NCBI RefSeq assembly: GCF_018350175.1 | Contig: NC_058368.1 | Coordinates: forward strand, 160,768,001-160,832,000 | Reading direction: 5' to 3' | From: Felis catus | Lineage: Eukaryota | DNA: 64,000 nucleotides | Part shown: piece after piece, positions 25,625 through 39,656 of the stretch | Layout: each line of letters begins with the position of its first letter | Position numbering within the stretch: position 1 is the first letter of the stretch | Program-made: the position numbers and the translations under genes | The notes under the pieces: generated by a model | Told to the model about the DNA's origin: nothing | Databases searched by the model: none | What the model saw: the letters and a program-made list of their open reading frames with translations, nothing else

Positions 25625-26050
25625 ACTTTCTTAGGAATACTATATAGCAAATTACCCTAATTTGAGGGCATGTAAAATACAGAAATTTATTCTTTCATAG
25701 TTCTGGATGCCAGAAGTCCAAAATCATGGTATTGGCAGGTATGTACTCCCTATAAAGTCTCTAGGGACGAATCTATTTTTTTCCCCATTTTCCAGCTTCT
25801 TGTGGCTCTGAACTTTCTTTGGTATTCTTTGACATTCACATCCCTGTCAGATTCTGCCTCTGTCTTCACATTCCTTCTCCTCCATATGTCTGTCTTATCT
25901 TCTGTCAGGGTTTTTCTCCTACTCATTTAGTGCCCATTTGGATAGTTCAGAATGATACCCTCACTTCAAACTTAATTACATCTTTAAACATCTTCTTTCC
26001 AAATATGATAATCCAGGGATTTGGATTTGGATATATCTTTTGGAGGCAAG
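25625..26050 (-). mobile_element. MLT1 (MaLR) LTR remnant
   Basis: cagaaatttattctttcatagttctggatgccagaagtccaaaatc motif. Confidence 0.8.
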
Positions 26051-26646
26051 ATTTATTATCAGAATCATTTCTGGTAATTTTTTCCCACTGTTCACATCTC
26101 CTCAGAATAAGGATTTAACAATAAAATAGTCTTTTAGTCATGAGTAATAATTTCAGTTATGTGGTTAGGAGAGGGAAAAGACACACGATTAGGTTTTGTT
26201 AGATCCAGTAGGCATGAGGAAGTCAAGATTCTAAATGATCAAATACTAAAGCATAATTTTCAGCAATAAATTCACAATCATTGGAGGTAAGATGGAATAT
26301 ACCTCTTGTGGCTGTATATCCCATATTTCACTCCTCCACACACATATATACTGCTTCAGTAACAATTAGTAAAGGAAAACCATGTTTTAAATCGCTAAGT
26401 ATTTACAAACAAATTAAAATGTATGAAAAATGCACTCATTTGAGACTCACCAAAATTTAAGAAGCATGAACAGAATGCAAAAGCAATATAACAAAAGTAA
26501 CCGAGAAACAATTTCATACCCAAGAACAAAGATTTAATAGAAAAAAAGGCATCACTAGAATAAACATCAACAATGACCTCGGCAAAATGTAAGACTGAAC
26601 CTCCACCACTAACTAATAAATCTGGGTTTAAAGATTGAAACAAACA

Positions 26647-26833
26647 GGGGCACCTGGATGGCTCAGTTGATTGAATGTCTGACTCTTGGTTTCAGCTCAG
26701 GTCATGATCACACAGTTACCGAGTTCACTGGCAGCACAGAGCCTGCTTCGGATTCTCTGTTTTCCCCTCTCTCTCTCCCCTCCCCTACTCACACTGTCTC
26801 TGTTTCTCTCAAAATAAGTAAACTTAAAAAATA
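26647..26833 (+). mobile_element. SINEC
   Basis: ggggcacctggatggctcag head; TSD-like attgaaa(a)caaac. Confidence 0.92.
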
Positions 26834-28333
26834 ATTGAAAACAAACTAACAGCTCTTCAAAGGTGTCAGAAAACATCAAAGAACCAGAAATCAAGGGGCT
26901 AAGATCTCAGAGAATAGATTAAGACACTGAAAAAGCCCCAGATTCATCAATGATATTATGCTTTAGAGAGTCTAATCATTTTCTGACTCCTGAAAAATAT
27001 TTAAAATTTAAAGAGAAAGTAGTAAAGTAGGTCTTACTGAGTTCTAAGTGAGTCAGGGAGGTAATAATTATACACAGTTCAGCACTACCACACTGCCAGG
27101 GCATGAGGCATTATAATCATGGAGAAAAAAAGAACTATAAAAAATGCATGAACCTAATATTTTATAAGCAATCGTGCACATAAGGCATTGGACAACCCCT
27201 AAAGGTCTATTGCAGGGAGTGAGAAGCAGACAGAGCAGAAAGCAGTTGTTCTGTGTCTAAAAACTTAATCAGAAAATTCTGCAATCTGGAAGTACTGTGT
27301 ACACACTCTATTGGGTCTTTTCTCTGGAGAACTCACATACAGTATTCAACTCTTGTTAGCCTGGTGTTGAGGGGAGAATGTACTTTGTTTTTTTGATTTA
27401 GCCTTTGTCTTAGATAAGCACCAGGTCCCTGAGTCTCAGCTATGAATTTTATCTGTGCCCCTGCCCTTCTTTAGATGTATTTCTGGGCCCATCTCTTAGA
27501 TTTCCGTTCCTCTTCCAGGGGCAAGTTTTTGTTTTTAGTTTTGTGTTTCTGTTCCTTTCCTTTCGATGTAATATGTTTACTTCAGTGCTCAATAGTGATA
27601 GTACTTATGGCTCTCAACGTCCACATATCGAAAATTTTCTTCCAGAAGGGATAGAATGGAGAGAGAAAGAAGTGGAATTACGTACCCTTCATGCAGTAGC
27701 TGCCATTCTTCCTCTAAGTCTGCAACATTAAGGGCATTTTTGTACAACTTTATCCAGTAATTTCCAGGAGCACCTGTTGGGGCTCAAGGAGAAAACCCTA
27801 AAGAGGAAGTAGACTCATCAGTTTCTGTGGCCACAAGGGCTTCACGCTCCCTCAACAATACATGCCTGATGCCGACCAGTTCACAACCTATGCTGAATAA
27901 ATGCTTCCTTGTATCTCATTGTCTGGTAACATTGCTTGCGTCCAATCTTTCCCTGCGGCCATCTCTTCATATTTTGCTCTGTTAGCCAGAAACCTCATTG
28001 CCTAAATAGGTTTTAGGTAAGTTGTGAATTTGTAACTTGTCTGACTTTTTTTCCCCTGTAATATTGAAACACTCTTTCTAGGTATCTCATCCCTGAGCAC
28101 ATACCAAATGTCAACAATAGGCTTCTAAAAAAGAATTATTGTACATGTGTTTCTGACCCCCACACCACTACTTTGTGCCAAAGGGAACTTGGAATATTAA
28201 GTTCTGGAGGTTGTATATTTATATGGTGGTTTGACTAAAGCTTTATTTTTTCTCCCCTATTCTTTCTCTTTCCTTCCATTTTAGACGGAAGCAGGTCCTG
28301 ATTATGTAATCAATAGAGTTCCAATATTTTCTT

Positions 28334-28550
28334 TTTTTAATGTTTTTAAAAGTTTATTTATTTTTGAGAGAGAGAGATAGAGTGAGAGAAAGCAGAGGAG
28401 GGTCAGAGAGAGGGAGATACAGAATCCAGAGCAGGCTCCAGGCTTTAAGCTGTCAGCACAGAGCCCGACGCGGGGCTCAAACTCAAGAACCGTGAGATCA
28501 TGACCTGAGCCCCAGTCGGACGCTTAACCAAATGAGCCACCCAGGAGCCC
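28334..28550 (-). mobile_element. SINEC
   Basis: 13-bp TSD ccaatattttctt. Confidence 0.95.
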
Positions 28551-28597
28551 CCAATATTTTCTTGAGGTCTGATATAATTTAGACTTTTTCCACTATT

Positions 28598-30088
28598 TTT
28601 TTCAGATACAACTGACATAATATCATATTAGTTTCAAGTGTACAACATGATGATTTGACGTATGTATATTCAGAACTGTCATGTGAACACCACACAAGTC
28701 TAGTTAGAATCTGCTACCACACAAAGTTATGCACATTTTTCTTGTGATAAGAACTTTTAAGATCTACTCTCTTAGCAACTTTCAAATATATAATACAGTA
28801 TTATTAAGTATATTCAATGTTGTACACTACATCCCCATCTCTTATTTATTTCATGACCAGAATTTCGTACCCTTTGACCCCCTTCACCCATTTCAACTAT
28901 CCTCACACCCTCCCTCTGGCAACTACCAATTTGTTCTCTGTGTAAATTCCTTTTTTTCTTTTAAAAAATTTACATATAACTAAGAACATATGGTATTTTT
29001 TCCTTTTCTGCTTGATGTTTTACTTAGCATAATGCCCTCGGGCTCAATCTATGTTGTTGCAAATACCAGATTCCCTTCTTTTTTATGGCTGAATATAAAG
29101 AGAGAGAGAGGGAGAGAGAGTTAGTTCTTGAGTTAGTGTTTTCATTTCCTTGTGTTAAATACCCAGAAGTGGGATCACTAGATCATATGGTAGTTCTATT
29201 TTCAATTTTTTGAGTAACCTCCATTCTGTTTTCCATAGTGCCTGTGCCAATTTACATTCCCACCAGAGGTTCCCTGTGCTCCACATTCTCACCAATGCTT
29301 GTAGGTTTTGTTTTGTTTGTTTTTGATAAAAACTTTCTAACAGGTGTGAGGTAATATCTCATCATGGTTTTGATTTGCATTTTCATGATTTGCATTTTCC
29401 ATGTACCTATTAGCCATTTGTATGTCTTCTTTGGAAAAATGTGTATTCATCTCCTCTTCCCATTTTTTAATTAGATTGGGTTTTTGTTGTTTGTTTTTTG
29501 GTATAGATTCATATGAGGTTTTAATACATTGTAGATGTTAACCCCTTATTATATGATTTGCAGATATTTTCTCCAATTCTGTGAGTTGGCTTTTCATTTT
29601 GTTACTGATCGCCTTTTATATAGTCCCATTTGTTTGTTTTTGCTTTTGTGGTCTTTGCTTGTAGTGGCAAATCCAAAAAATAATTGCCAAGGCCTACAAT
29701 AAGGAGCATACCACCTATATTTTCTTCTAGGAGTTTTATGTTTTCAAGCCTTACATTCAAATCTTTAATCCCTGTCAAGTTGACTTTTGTGTGTGGTGCA
29801 AAATGGTGGTCCAGTTTCATTCTTTTGCATGGGGCTGTTCAGTTTTCCAAAGACGATTTATTAAGGAGACTTTTCTTCTAGTGTATATTCTTGGCTTTTT
29901 TGTCCAAGTTAATAGACAATGTATTGTATGGGTTTATTTCTGGGCTCTCTATTCTGTTCCACTGAGATACGTCACTGTTTTTATGTCAATACCATGCTGT
30001 TTTTATTATTATAGCTTTGTAATATGCTTTGAAATCAGGAAGCATGGTGCCTCCAGCTTTATTCTTTCTGAAGATTGCTTTGGCTATT
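28598..30088 (-). mobile_element. Older LINE-1 3' region (L1MA-like)
   Basis: tagtttcaagtgtacaacatgatgatttg 3' end plus ORF2 remnants (MKLDHHFAPHTKVNL...NKWDYIK). Confidence 0.85.
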
Positions 30089-30134
30089 CAGACTTCAAGA
30101 TTAAAATTCTTGAACATCTTGGTAGTTATTTTTA

Positions 30135-30925
30135 ATAAAAACACATATCTCACATCATGTGTAAAGAAAAAAATTCAGTTAGAGATACAAATGTCAAAAA
30201 CATACAACCATACACATATGACAATGAAATATGGGTGAAATTCTCTTAAATCTCAGGGCAGGGAAATGATTTCTATCCAAGATTTTAAATATCCAGAGGC
30301 AACAAGTAAAAAGATTAATGAATTTGAGTATGTAAAAAAAATTTAAAGCTTCTGCCTTGTAAAATCAACATAAAATAATTAGTGAAAACTGTGAAATGGG
30401 GAAGAAACTTTTGCAATATTCAAAACAAAGTACTAATATTCCTAATGTTAAAAACAGGCTTAAAACTGATGGATTAAGTAGCAAACCCTGATTGAAAACA
30501 AGAGAAAAATATATGAATAGTTAACAGAAAAGACAGAAAAATGGGTTTTGAAATTATAAAAACATTTTCAAACTCACTCATATTTAAAGAAATTCAATCA
30601 AAACAGTGAGATACTGTTTCTTACCCATCAAATTGGAAAACAAAAGTATGAAAATAGAGTGCTGATGTGCTGTCAATGTCAACATTACTGGTGGAAATGC
30701 AAGCAGGTACATCCCTTGTGGCTGGAATTTGACAATACCTAACAAAACTACACATTAACGTAACTTTTGACCCAGAAATCCTACTTTAGGAATCTACCCT
30801 GAAGATTTCTGTCTTATACAATGAAAATACCTTTAGGCAAAGTTATCATTGTAACGTTATTTGTAGTTTCAAATATTGTAAGTAAAATAGTGCTTATGTA
30901 GAAAAAAATAGGTTGAATAAACTGT
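30135..30925 (+). mobile_element. Ancient L1M ORF2 3' remnant
   Basis: Degenerate L1 motifs such as ttttgacccagaaatcctactttaggaatctaccct. Confidence 0.65.
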
Positions 30926-31589
30926 GTTAGTCTATGGCGGTTTAAGCTTCAAAGGGGCTGTCAAGTGCCTTAATAATCCACACTACAATGGAGAGTCCTC
31001 ACTTGAAGCATAGGCTCTAGAATCATTTTTGTTACATGTCAGTGAATAGTATGAGCCTAATTAAAATTGTGAACTTCATAAGTGTGTTATAATTAGTGAA
31101 AACTGTAACTTGTTGCTGTAGTAATAGGTGTTAGAATGGGTTCTTTGTGATGGTCTGGACTCTTGCATGCAAAGGTGTAAAGATTTAGTGAGGCCTTTAA
31201 AAAGTATCACCTGAAATGTTTTGGAAATAGATTTTACAGATTCCTGGACAGGTGATGTGAATCCTGTGAAGTCTGCAGCCCCACCCTATAGAGATGGTGC
31301 CTGAGTTTTGACTCCTAAATGATTGTGTTTAGCCATGGCTTTCCAAAGATTCTTTTTGCATGATGTCAATCATAAGAAAGTAGAATTTGGTCTCTGTTAT
31401 TGTTTTAACTCAACTTTAAATGACACTTTCCTGAGCTAGTAACCAAGTAAGATTTTAAGTTAGGTTTCACTGATCTATGAGGGCAAGAGAAAATATAATC
31501 TATTTACTACAAATTGTGAATGATTATCTATATTTATATATGTTTAAACTTTTATCTAGAATATAAGAAATATATTCTATATTTTTATA

Positions 31590-31746
31590 CCTTTTTTATG
31601 GATATATATATATGGATATATATAGATAGATAGATAGATAGATAGATAGGTAGATATGCAGGGCTCAACCCCATGACCCTGGAATTATGCCCTGAGTTGA
31701 AATCATGAGTTGGATGCTCAACTGACTGAGTCATCCAGGTGCCACA
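31590..31746 (-). mobile_element. SINEC head with an (ATAG)n/(AT)n microsatellite tail
   Basis: ctcaactgactgagtcatccaggtgcc head; gata repeats at 31622-31655. Confidence 0.85.
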
Positions 31747-32454
31747 ATCTAATATTTTAATCATATTCACTCTTTAAATGGTAAGATCATGGGTGATTTT
31801 CCTTTATTTTTCTTTTCAGTAAAATTTAAATACATAGGCATAAAATGGAATCCATTTTCTCATACACTGTAATTTTAGAATATTGACATTTCACCATATT
31901 TGCTTTATAATTTAATTTTCTTTCTTTGGGGAACCAAATATTAGTAACACAGGAATTTTCTGTGTCCCTCCTTAACCACATTAATTTGACTTCCAAAGAA
32001 GCAAGCATTCTCCTGAATTTTATTTGTATCTCCGCAGTTTATATATTTACATTTTTACTAATTATATATGTATCTGTCAGCAGCATATAGCAGATGCTCT
32101 ATTAATTGCTGATAAAGCTATTTGCTGATTTTTAGCAAGTAGTTTTCCTCACCTGTGTAAAATACATTGTTTCCACAGAACATTGAATGCTCATAGTTCA
32201 TAATGTACTCCCTGCTAATGTTACTTCACTCACCAAATGGGTTGTAGGTTTAACAAAGCTTTGACATTTTTATTCTAAATCTATTTATGTCATATATACT
32301 TCATCTGAATTTATTCAACTTAATTAAGTATTATACAATGCAGGAAATGCAAATAAACAATACTTTTTTCCTACAACTAAATTTCATGTTTTGAAAAGTT
32401 CCCCCTAAAAGGTTTAGCACAAGAAAGACAAGTTCATAAAATTGGGGGAACATA

Positions 32455-32673
32455 GGGGCGCCTGGGTGGCTCAGTTGGTTAAGCGGCCGACTTCGGCCCA
32501 GGTCATGATCTTGTGGTCCGTGAGTTCGAGCCCCGTGTCGGGCTCTGTGCTAACAGCTCAGAGCCTGGAGCCTGTTTCAGATTCTGTGTCTCCCTCTCTC
32601 TGACCCTCCCCCGTTCATGCTTTGTCTCTCTCTGTCTCAAAAATAAATAAACACTAAAAAAAAAAAATTAAAA
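32455..32673 (+). mobile_element. SINEC
   Basis: TSD aaaattg(g/t)gggaacata. Confidence 0.96.
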
Positions 32674-33680
32674 AAAATTGTGGGAACATATACAAATCTA
32701 GAAGCATCTTATATTATACTTGGATTGATATGGAGATGTTTTTAAATTCTTGCTGTAAATAAAATAAACTGGAAATTGTCTATAATGCTGTGTTATAAAA
32801 AAGAAAAGAAACCTATATGAAATTATACAATACACTCATACTCAAAGAAAAAGCAAAGCACTAAGTCCTAAAGTAAACTATTTATGATTAAATAAACATT
32901 TTTGAAATAAAAAAGTAAAAATGTATATATTTTTAATGATGTAACAAATGATGGGTAACAGTCAATGTGCATAAAGGCCTTTTATGTAATTTTATTGATT
33001 TAATATATTGATTTTATATGCATTTTAGATATTTTTGATATCATTATGCTTTTAGCATCTATCCATGTCATTGTGTACAGATATATTTTATCAAGTACAC
33101 ACATTATTCTTCCTATGTCATATTAGTCATTTGTTCACATATGGATGTATACTTGTATATTTATATTTTTAGTCACATGCAAGAGTTTCTCAGGAGGTAG
33201 TGTTCTTTTCTTGACTTGGACATTAATCAATTAATTAGCTTTTAGAGTTTCTAAATTAGATATTATATTTATTAAAGTTTTTGACATGTTATTTTGGGGA
33301 GGGGTTAAGATTTTTCCTTCCAATTTTAGTTTCTTAGACATTTCTATCATGAATGAATAATGAACTTTTTCTAATAATGTACTGATTGAATAAAATTTTC
33401 CTTTGTAAAATTTTTATTTTTTTATTGAACACTGAAGCATTCCTGCATTTCTTAAATAACCTCTCCTTGGAGTAGATTGCTTTTTTTAAATGCTGGATTT
33501 TTTGCCTAATATATTTTTTTAATACTTTAAAGGAACCCTCTGGTTTTTCTTACGTTGAATGCCAGTAGTTTATGATAGTCATATCAGTCTCAAAAACTGA
33601 CTTGCGTATCTTTATTTCTGTTTCCGTTGTGATCTATAGGGGTACTTGTTTTCAGAAGAATTTAGAAAATTCAGCTTCTT

Positions 33681-33876
33681 GGGGCACCTGAGTAGCTCAG
33701 TTGGTTGGGTGTCCAACTCTTGGTTTTGGCTCAGCTCATGATCTCACAGTTCATGAGTTCAAGCCCCTCATCAAGCTCCTTGCTGGCAGCACGGAGCCTG
33801 CTTTGGATTTTCTCTTACCCTCCCTCTCTCTCTCTATCTCAGAATAAATAAATAAACTTAAAAGGAAAGAAAGAAA

Positions 33877-33921
<45 letters not shown>
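33681..33921 (+). mobile_element. SINEC with (GAAA)n tail
   Basis: TSD aattcagctt; GAAA array at about 33865-33922. Confidence 0.94.
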
Positions 33922-36075
33922 ATTCAGCTTTCAATCATCTGAGTTAGTTTTTTTGTTGTTTGTCATAGTTTAGGATTATGTGTTAATTCTGTTTTATCTA
34001 TTGATATAGTTAGCTTTTCTTGGTCTTCAGTAAGTTAATATTTTGATAATATCTGTCTCACCTCAATTTTCAAAAAGCTGTTGGCATAATATTCTTTTTT
34101 GTCATTTATATTTTACCTCTATGTTTCCATTTTTATTCCTAACATTACATATGAACATATACTTTCATTGATTTTGATTATAAAAGTTTACCTATTTTAT
34201 TCATATTTCACAGAAATAGTTTTTATTCTACTACAATGATATCTGCATTTTTACTCACTTAATTTTCCTGTTTTATAGATTACTTATTTTAATGCTTAAT
34301 GTATTTTCAGTCTTTCAACTGCTTCTGTTACATGTATTTACATAGCAAGATTATATTCTAAATAGTTACTAACATCCTTCAGTTTGACCTGCAATACTTT
34401 ATTAACTTATTTAAGATATCTATGTATTGTCTAATTTTTGACAGTAATCATTTTAGATATTTGAGATATGTCAATATTAAAAAACAGAAACAGAATTGCC
34501 CCTGCCCCTATGGAGCTCACAGTATTTTTTTCTTTTTTTCTTTTTTTTTTTTTTTTTTTTGGTGGTGGGGGCAGTGGAAAGAATAAGGAATAAAAAGAAC
34601 AAAAATAATAAAATTGCATGATTATGTTAGAAAGTGAAGAGTGCCATAGACAATGTAAAACAAGTGAGGATAAGAGATTGGGAGGGAAGTGGTGATCCAA
34701 TGAGATGTCAGATAGGAAAGGTAGAGCATGTCTCACTGAAAAGGTGGCATTTATACAAAAACTGAAGAAAGAAGAGTTAGTCCAGAAGTTAGCCAAGACC
34801 ACATAACTAGATAATAAATGTGGCTATTGTTAAAGTACAGATTAAAGGGACATAGGGAAGAACCAGAAATGCTTTCAGAGATAATGGTGTCTGTGAACAG
34901 CTGGTAGCAATAATGATATTGGACCTAACTTGTATATATCTTCAAAGTAGAGAATATAGGATGTACTAATGGACTGGATATGGTGTGACAGAGGAATAGA
35001 GTACACAGTTATGATGCCACAATACTTGCCAAATGTATGGATGACTAGCAGTGGAGAAGAGGTGATCTGTATGCAAGGAAGAAAATATTTTGAATTTTGG
35101 TTTTTAATGTGTTGAGTATGAGAAAAGTTGTGCACATCTAACTTGAAATGTGGAGTAGGTAGTTGGGATTTTTTAGAGTTCAAGAGAAGTTTATGACAGA
35201 GAAATAAATTTGGAAATTGTCAACTTAGAGATGTTATTGAAATCATTAGAATGGATGCTACCTCCAAAAAACAACATAGAAAGAAAAGAGTACCAAAGGC
35301 AGAACCGTAAAGAATTTAGGTAAGTTCAGATAAAAGAGAAGAAACCACCAAACAAAGATTTTAAAAGAACAACTAGTCAAGAAGAACACAAAGAGAATCT
35401 GGTGTTTTGAAAATAAAATGAAAAAAGTGCATCAAGGAAGGAGCTATCAGTTGTATCAAAGGCCATGGGAAGTTTGAAATGTGAGACGTGTAAATGTGAA
35501 AATTTACCTTTTGGACTAAGCACTGAGATATCATCATTGACTTTCACAAGGACTTTTGTGTTGCATATGGTACTCTAGTACAAGTCAGAGCTTAGGCCAT
35601 CAAAAGACTGAAGAATGGGAGAAGTCAGGGGGGAATCATGGATTATAGATTTTAAAAAGGTTAAGGAATTGTGGGCATTGGGCACTACACTGAGTTAGAG
35701 AGGAGCTGATGGTCACAGATTAGGATACATGAAATTGAAACTATAGAGAAATTACAGTAATTGACAATTGTAAACTCTTTGGCATAACCGTTGGAGTAAG
35801 TGGCTAAAGGAAGGATATGGACAAAATAATTGGAGGATCAAAGTTTAAAGAATGAATGGCTAGAATATAGAAAGGATTATCTGTGTATATATTGAAGCTT
35901 CCAAGAATTACTATCAAAGTGGTATGTAAAAGAGGAACAGTGAGACAGTAGCTAAAATCGTTACAAAATCAAGGGTGACGTCTCAGGACCAGCATATGAT
36001 AATGGCAATGAGATGTGGTGGTTAATATAGCTTGATGACCTGAGAAACAGAGCTGGAGATTTTAGGAAAAATGAT

Positions 36076-36578
36076 TGTATTAAATTTTGCTGTACAGCAA
36101 TTAAATAAAAATTTAGGACCATAAAAACACAGCAAATATTTATGAGAGTTGGTCAGGCATTTAAGAGTACCATTTCTTCATGTTTCTGCCTTGGGAATGT
36201 CTCTTATGACGTTGCAACTTTCATGTCATCCTTGACTGGGTCATCAGAGTTATTTTTATTGGACCTGCAAGATTTATTTCTAAAATTGCTCACTCATATG
36301 ATTGGCAATTTGACGCTGGTGGGTGGAAGAAAATCTCAGTTAGTAAAAATATGGACTTGTGGATTTGTCTATAGAGCTGGTCTATGGGTCCTCAGTACAT
36401 GACTGCCAGATTCACAGCAAGTGATTCAAGAGAAAACAGGGAGAGGGTTCAAAGTCTTTAATGACCTACTCTGAAACTCACACTTTTATCACTTCCCACA
36501 TTGTGGAAGAGGACTACACAAAAGTGTGAATACCAAGAGATGAGAATTATTGGGGATTATATTTGAACATGGCTACCA
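36076..36578 (-). mobile_element. MLT1 (MaLR) LTR remnant
   Basis: gactacacaaaagtgtgaatacc...attattgggga...ggctacca end. Confidence 0.7.
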
Positions 36579-36626
36579 AAAAGGTGGGAATACGTTCTAA
36601 ATTTTATTTTGGAAATATAAGAATAC

Positions 36627-36831
36627 GAGGGTGCCTGGGTGGCTCAGTTGATTGAGTGTTCAATTCTTGATTTCGGCTTAGGTCATGATCTCATGGTTCA
36701 TGAGTTCAATCTCCTCGTCAGGCTCTGGGATTCTATCTCTCCCACTCTGCCCCTCTCCCCAAATTGTGCTCAGTGTTTCTCTCTCTCAAAAATAAATAAA
36801 TAAAATTTACCAAATAAAAATGAAAAAATAA
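36627..36831 (+). mobile_element. SINEC
   Basis: TSD aagaatac. Confidence 0.92.
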
Positions 36832-38087
36832 AAGAATACCTAGTTCATTTACAAAACAGTGATATAAGGACTCAGAAAAATAAAGCCACAACTAAGAAAA
36901 ATAAAGCCATCGATGAGAGACACTATGAGGGAATTCACACACTAATTACTGCATCCTGGTGATAGTTGGATTGCAATTTGAACAAAATGAATGAAGGGAC
37001 CATTCAGGTAATATGTTGACAGTATAAAGATTTTATGCAAAACTCTTATGCATAACATTGAATTTCAAGGAATAGAGTAAAACATTTTAAAAAGTTGATA
37101 TAAGACTGCAAAAGGAGAAATAATAGAGATGTATAAAGCTTTACTGGATTCAGGTGTAAAAACAGAAAGATAACATAGCAGTTTAGAAGTTTCTTGGTAA
37201 CTGAGATAAACAAAGATATAATGAGATTTGTTCTAATAGATTTTTGCAGATACTGGTAGGAAGGATTTGAGTAATATGGCATATGACCCAGGGAGTTTCT
37301 GGGTTTCTCTTCTTCATTGGGTATGTAGAGGTCCAAGGGAAAGTAAGGTTTTGGCCCCGTGTTCAGTCCTATCCTGAGGACTATAAGTTTCTAGGAGAAA
37401 TGGGCTTAATCCCAGTTGTTTTATAAGAGGGTTTTAGTTGCTCCTTTAGGAGAAAAGCTACTCTAGCTCTGTGCTTTCTTTTGCTAGCGTTTGATGGACT
37501 GAATGACTAATGAGGAAGCTGGGTGTTACACCAATGTGTGGGTCTCTTCCTCAACCATGAAAATAGGAGTAGAGTAAGACATGCTCTTACTTTCATCTTT
37601 TTGTATCTACAATTATTTTGTAATTCCGATTATGATTTCATTTTTACTGGAAGAGCTTTTTAGATGTATTTATTTTTAAGTTCCCAAAATGCAACAGGAT
37701 GGGGAGGGGCTTTTTAAAATCAGTGATTTTTTAATTGAATTATATTATTTTTGAAGAAGAGGATTTGTATGGTGGTGAATACTATTTTTGTCACCATTTC
37801 TTATAAATATGACTTTCTGTGCCCTAAATGATGATCACATTTTGGAAAAGGGTTATGTTTGACAGTGGTTGTGGGATTATTACTAACATGTTGAGATCTA
37901 TCTATGTCATCATATGAATGCATATTTGTTGCTGTATATGTGGATATAGATATATACATTTTGTATTTGTTTAAATGATTTTTAAACCTTACATTATGGT
38001 AACTAATATATGTGAAATTGTCCTTAACATGTATACTGTTTCTATTGAGCGTCTTTTCTTTTTCTCCTTTTCTGCCTTATTTTAGAT

Positions 38088-38250
38088 CATTGGTTCTCAA
38101 GTGAGGCTACTTTTGGTTGTCCCAGCAGTGACACTGAGGGGTGCTACTAGCATCAACGAGGTATGTCTAGGGATGCTACTCAACATCCTACCACACATAG
38201 GATACCCTGCCCAACAAATGCCTTACCTAAAATATCCATATGCTGAGATC
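38088..38250. mobile_element. MER20-like hAT-Charlie fragment
   Basis: cattggttctcaa start; ggggtgctactagcatc...agggatgctactcaacatcctac. Confidence 0.7.
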
Positions 38251-39433
38251 TATTCCAAAATATGTGTTCTGTATTCTATTCATTTTTTTTGCTTCTATCA
38301 ATTTGACAGAGATTTTTAAGATTACTTTAGTTATTAAAACAGTCTTTAGAGTACGTTGAAATAATAGATATTTTTATTCTCTTGTAGTGCTAGAAAATAG
38401 TATTTTGAAAGACTTAAACTAATGCGGTTTTAAAGTGTATTTTTAACCACCTCACACTGAGTTATTGTCAATATATTTACAGAGTAGTTACATACATATA
38501 ACATATGGATGTTATATGTTTATATTTATATTTAAATATTTATTTCCATAGATTTTACCATTTTCTTTACTTCTTATACCTCGTTCTTTCTTTCTGGGTC
38601 TCCTCTCCTGCTTGCTGAGTTGGATGGCATATTATCTGGCTTTCATTACATCTAAAACTTTTAATTTCACTTACATTATTTAATAATAGTGCAGCTGGAA
38701 TAAAATTATATTCATAATTTTCATAGTAAATTCCCTTCAGCACTTTTAAGATTTTATTAAAATAACACATTTTTGCTCACTGTGATCAGAATGTTATCAC
38801 TAAATGTTATTTATTACCAACATCTTTTTTACTTGCTAAGTCAGTCATTTTGATTCTGCGTGTCTTAGTGGAAATTAGCTTTTGACCCATTTGAAACCCA
38901 TTACAGTTTTGTTGTTATTTAGTTGGCTAACACATTATTTTAAGTTAGTTCTGAAAAATTATTGGTATTGTCTTGTGAAATGGTATATTCTTTAAGTTGT
39001 CTGTAAATTTCTGAAATTATTATTAAAAGCCTAATGGACCCTTTTTTTTATCCTCTATAGTTCAAATTCTATTTTGTGTTTTCTATCTTATAATTCCTTT
39101 GCATAATTATGACGTTTGGGGGATATGCTTGAATTCAATTTTTACTTCATCTGTCTAGTTTTAACTTTTAATTCTCCATTAATTATATTTTTATCTTAAA
39201 TATTCAGATTTTTGGAATCATAGAGACTGGAACTTCTGTGTTTAGCTTCATCAGATATACTTATTTTAATTTTTACAATGCCCTCTTTTCCCTTTATGTA
39301 TTTTCTACATTCTTATCACTGTTTACCTCATGGTCACATATGGCAAGTCAATATCTAGTGACAGTGTTCTAAGAAAAAGAGAAATTAAGTTCCAATATCT
39401 GAAGCATATCTATCTTTTTAAAAGGTTATCTTG

Positions 39434-39656
39434 GGGGCGCCTGGGTGGCGCAGTCGGTTAAGCGTCCAACTTCAGCCAGGTCACGATCTCGCGGTCTGTG
39501 AGTTCGAGCCCCGCATCAGGCTCTGGGCTGATGGCTCAGAGCCTGGAGCCTGTTTCCGATTCTGTGTCTCCCTCTCTCTCTGCTCCTCCCCCGTTCATGC
39601 TCTCTCTCTCTCTCTCTGTCCCAAAAATAAATAAAAGTTGAAAAAAATAAATAAAT
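39434..39656 (+). mobile_element. Young SINEC_Fc-like
   Basis: Many CpGs retained; TSD aaaaggttatcttgg. Confidence 0.96.

Larger units (their letters stand above)
34440..37300 (-). mobile_element. L2 LINE remnant (interrupted by an MLT1 LTR and a SINE)
   Basis: Purine-rich, with ccctgcccctatggagctcacagt and aaatttggaaattgtcaacttagagatg. Confidence 0.7.
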
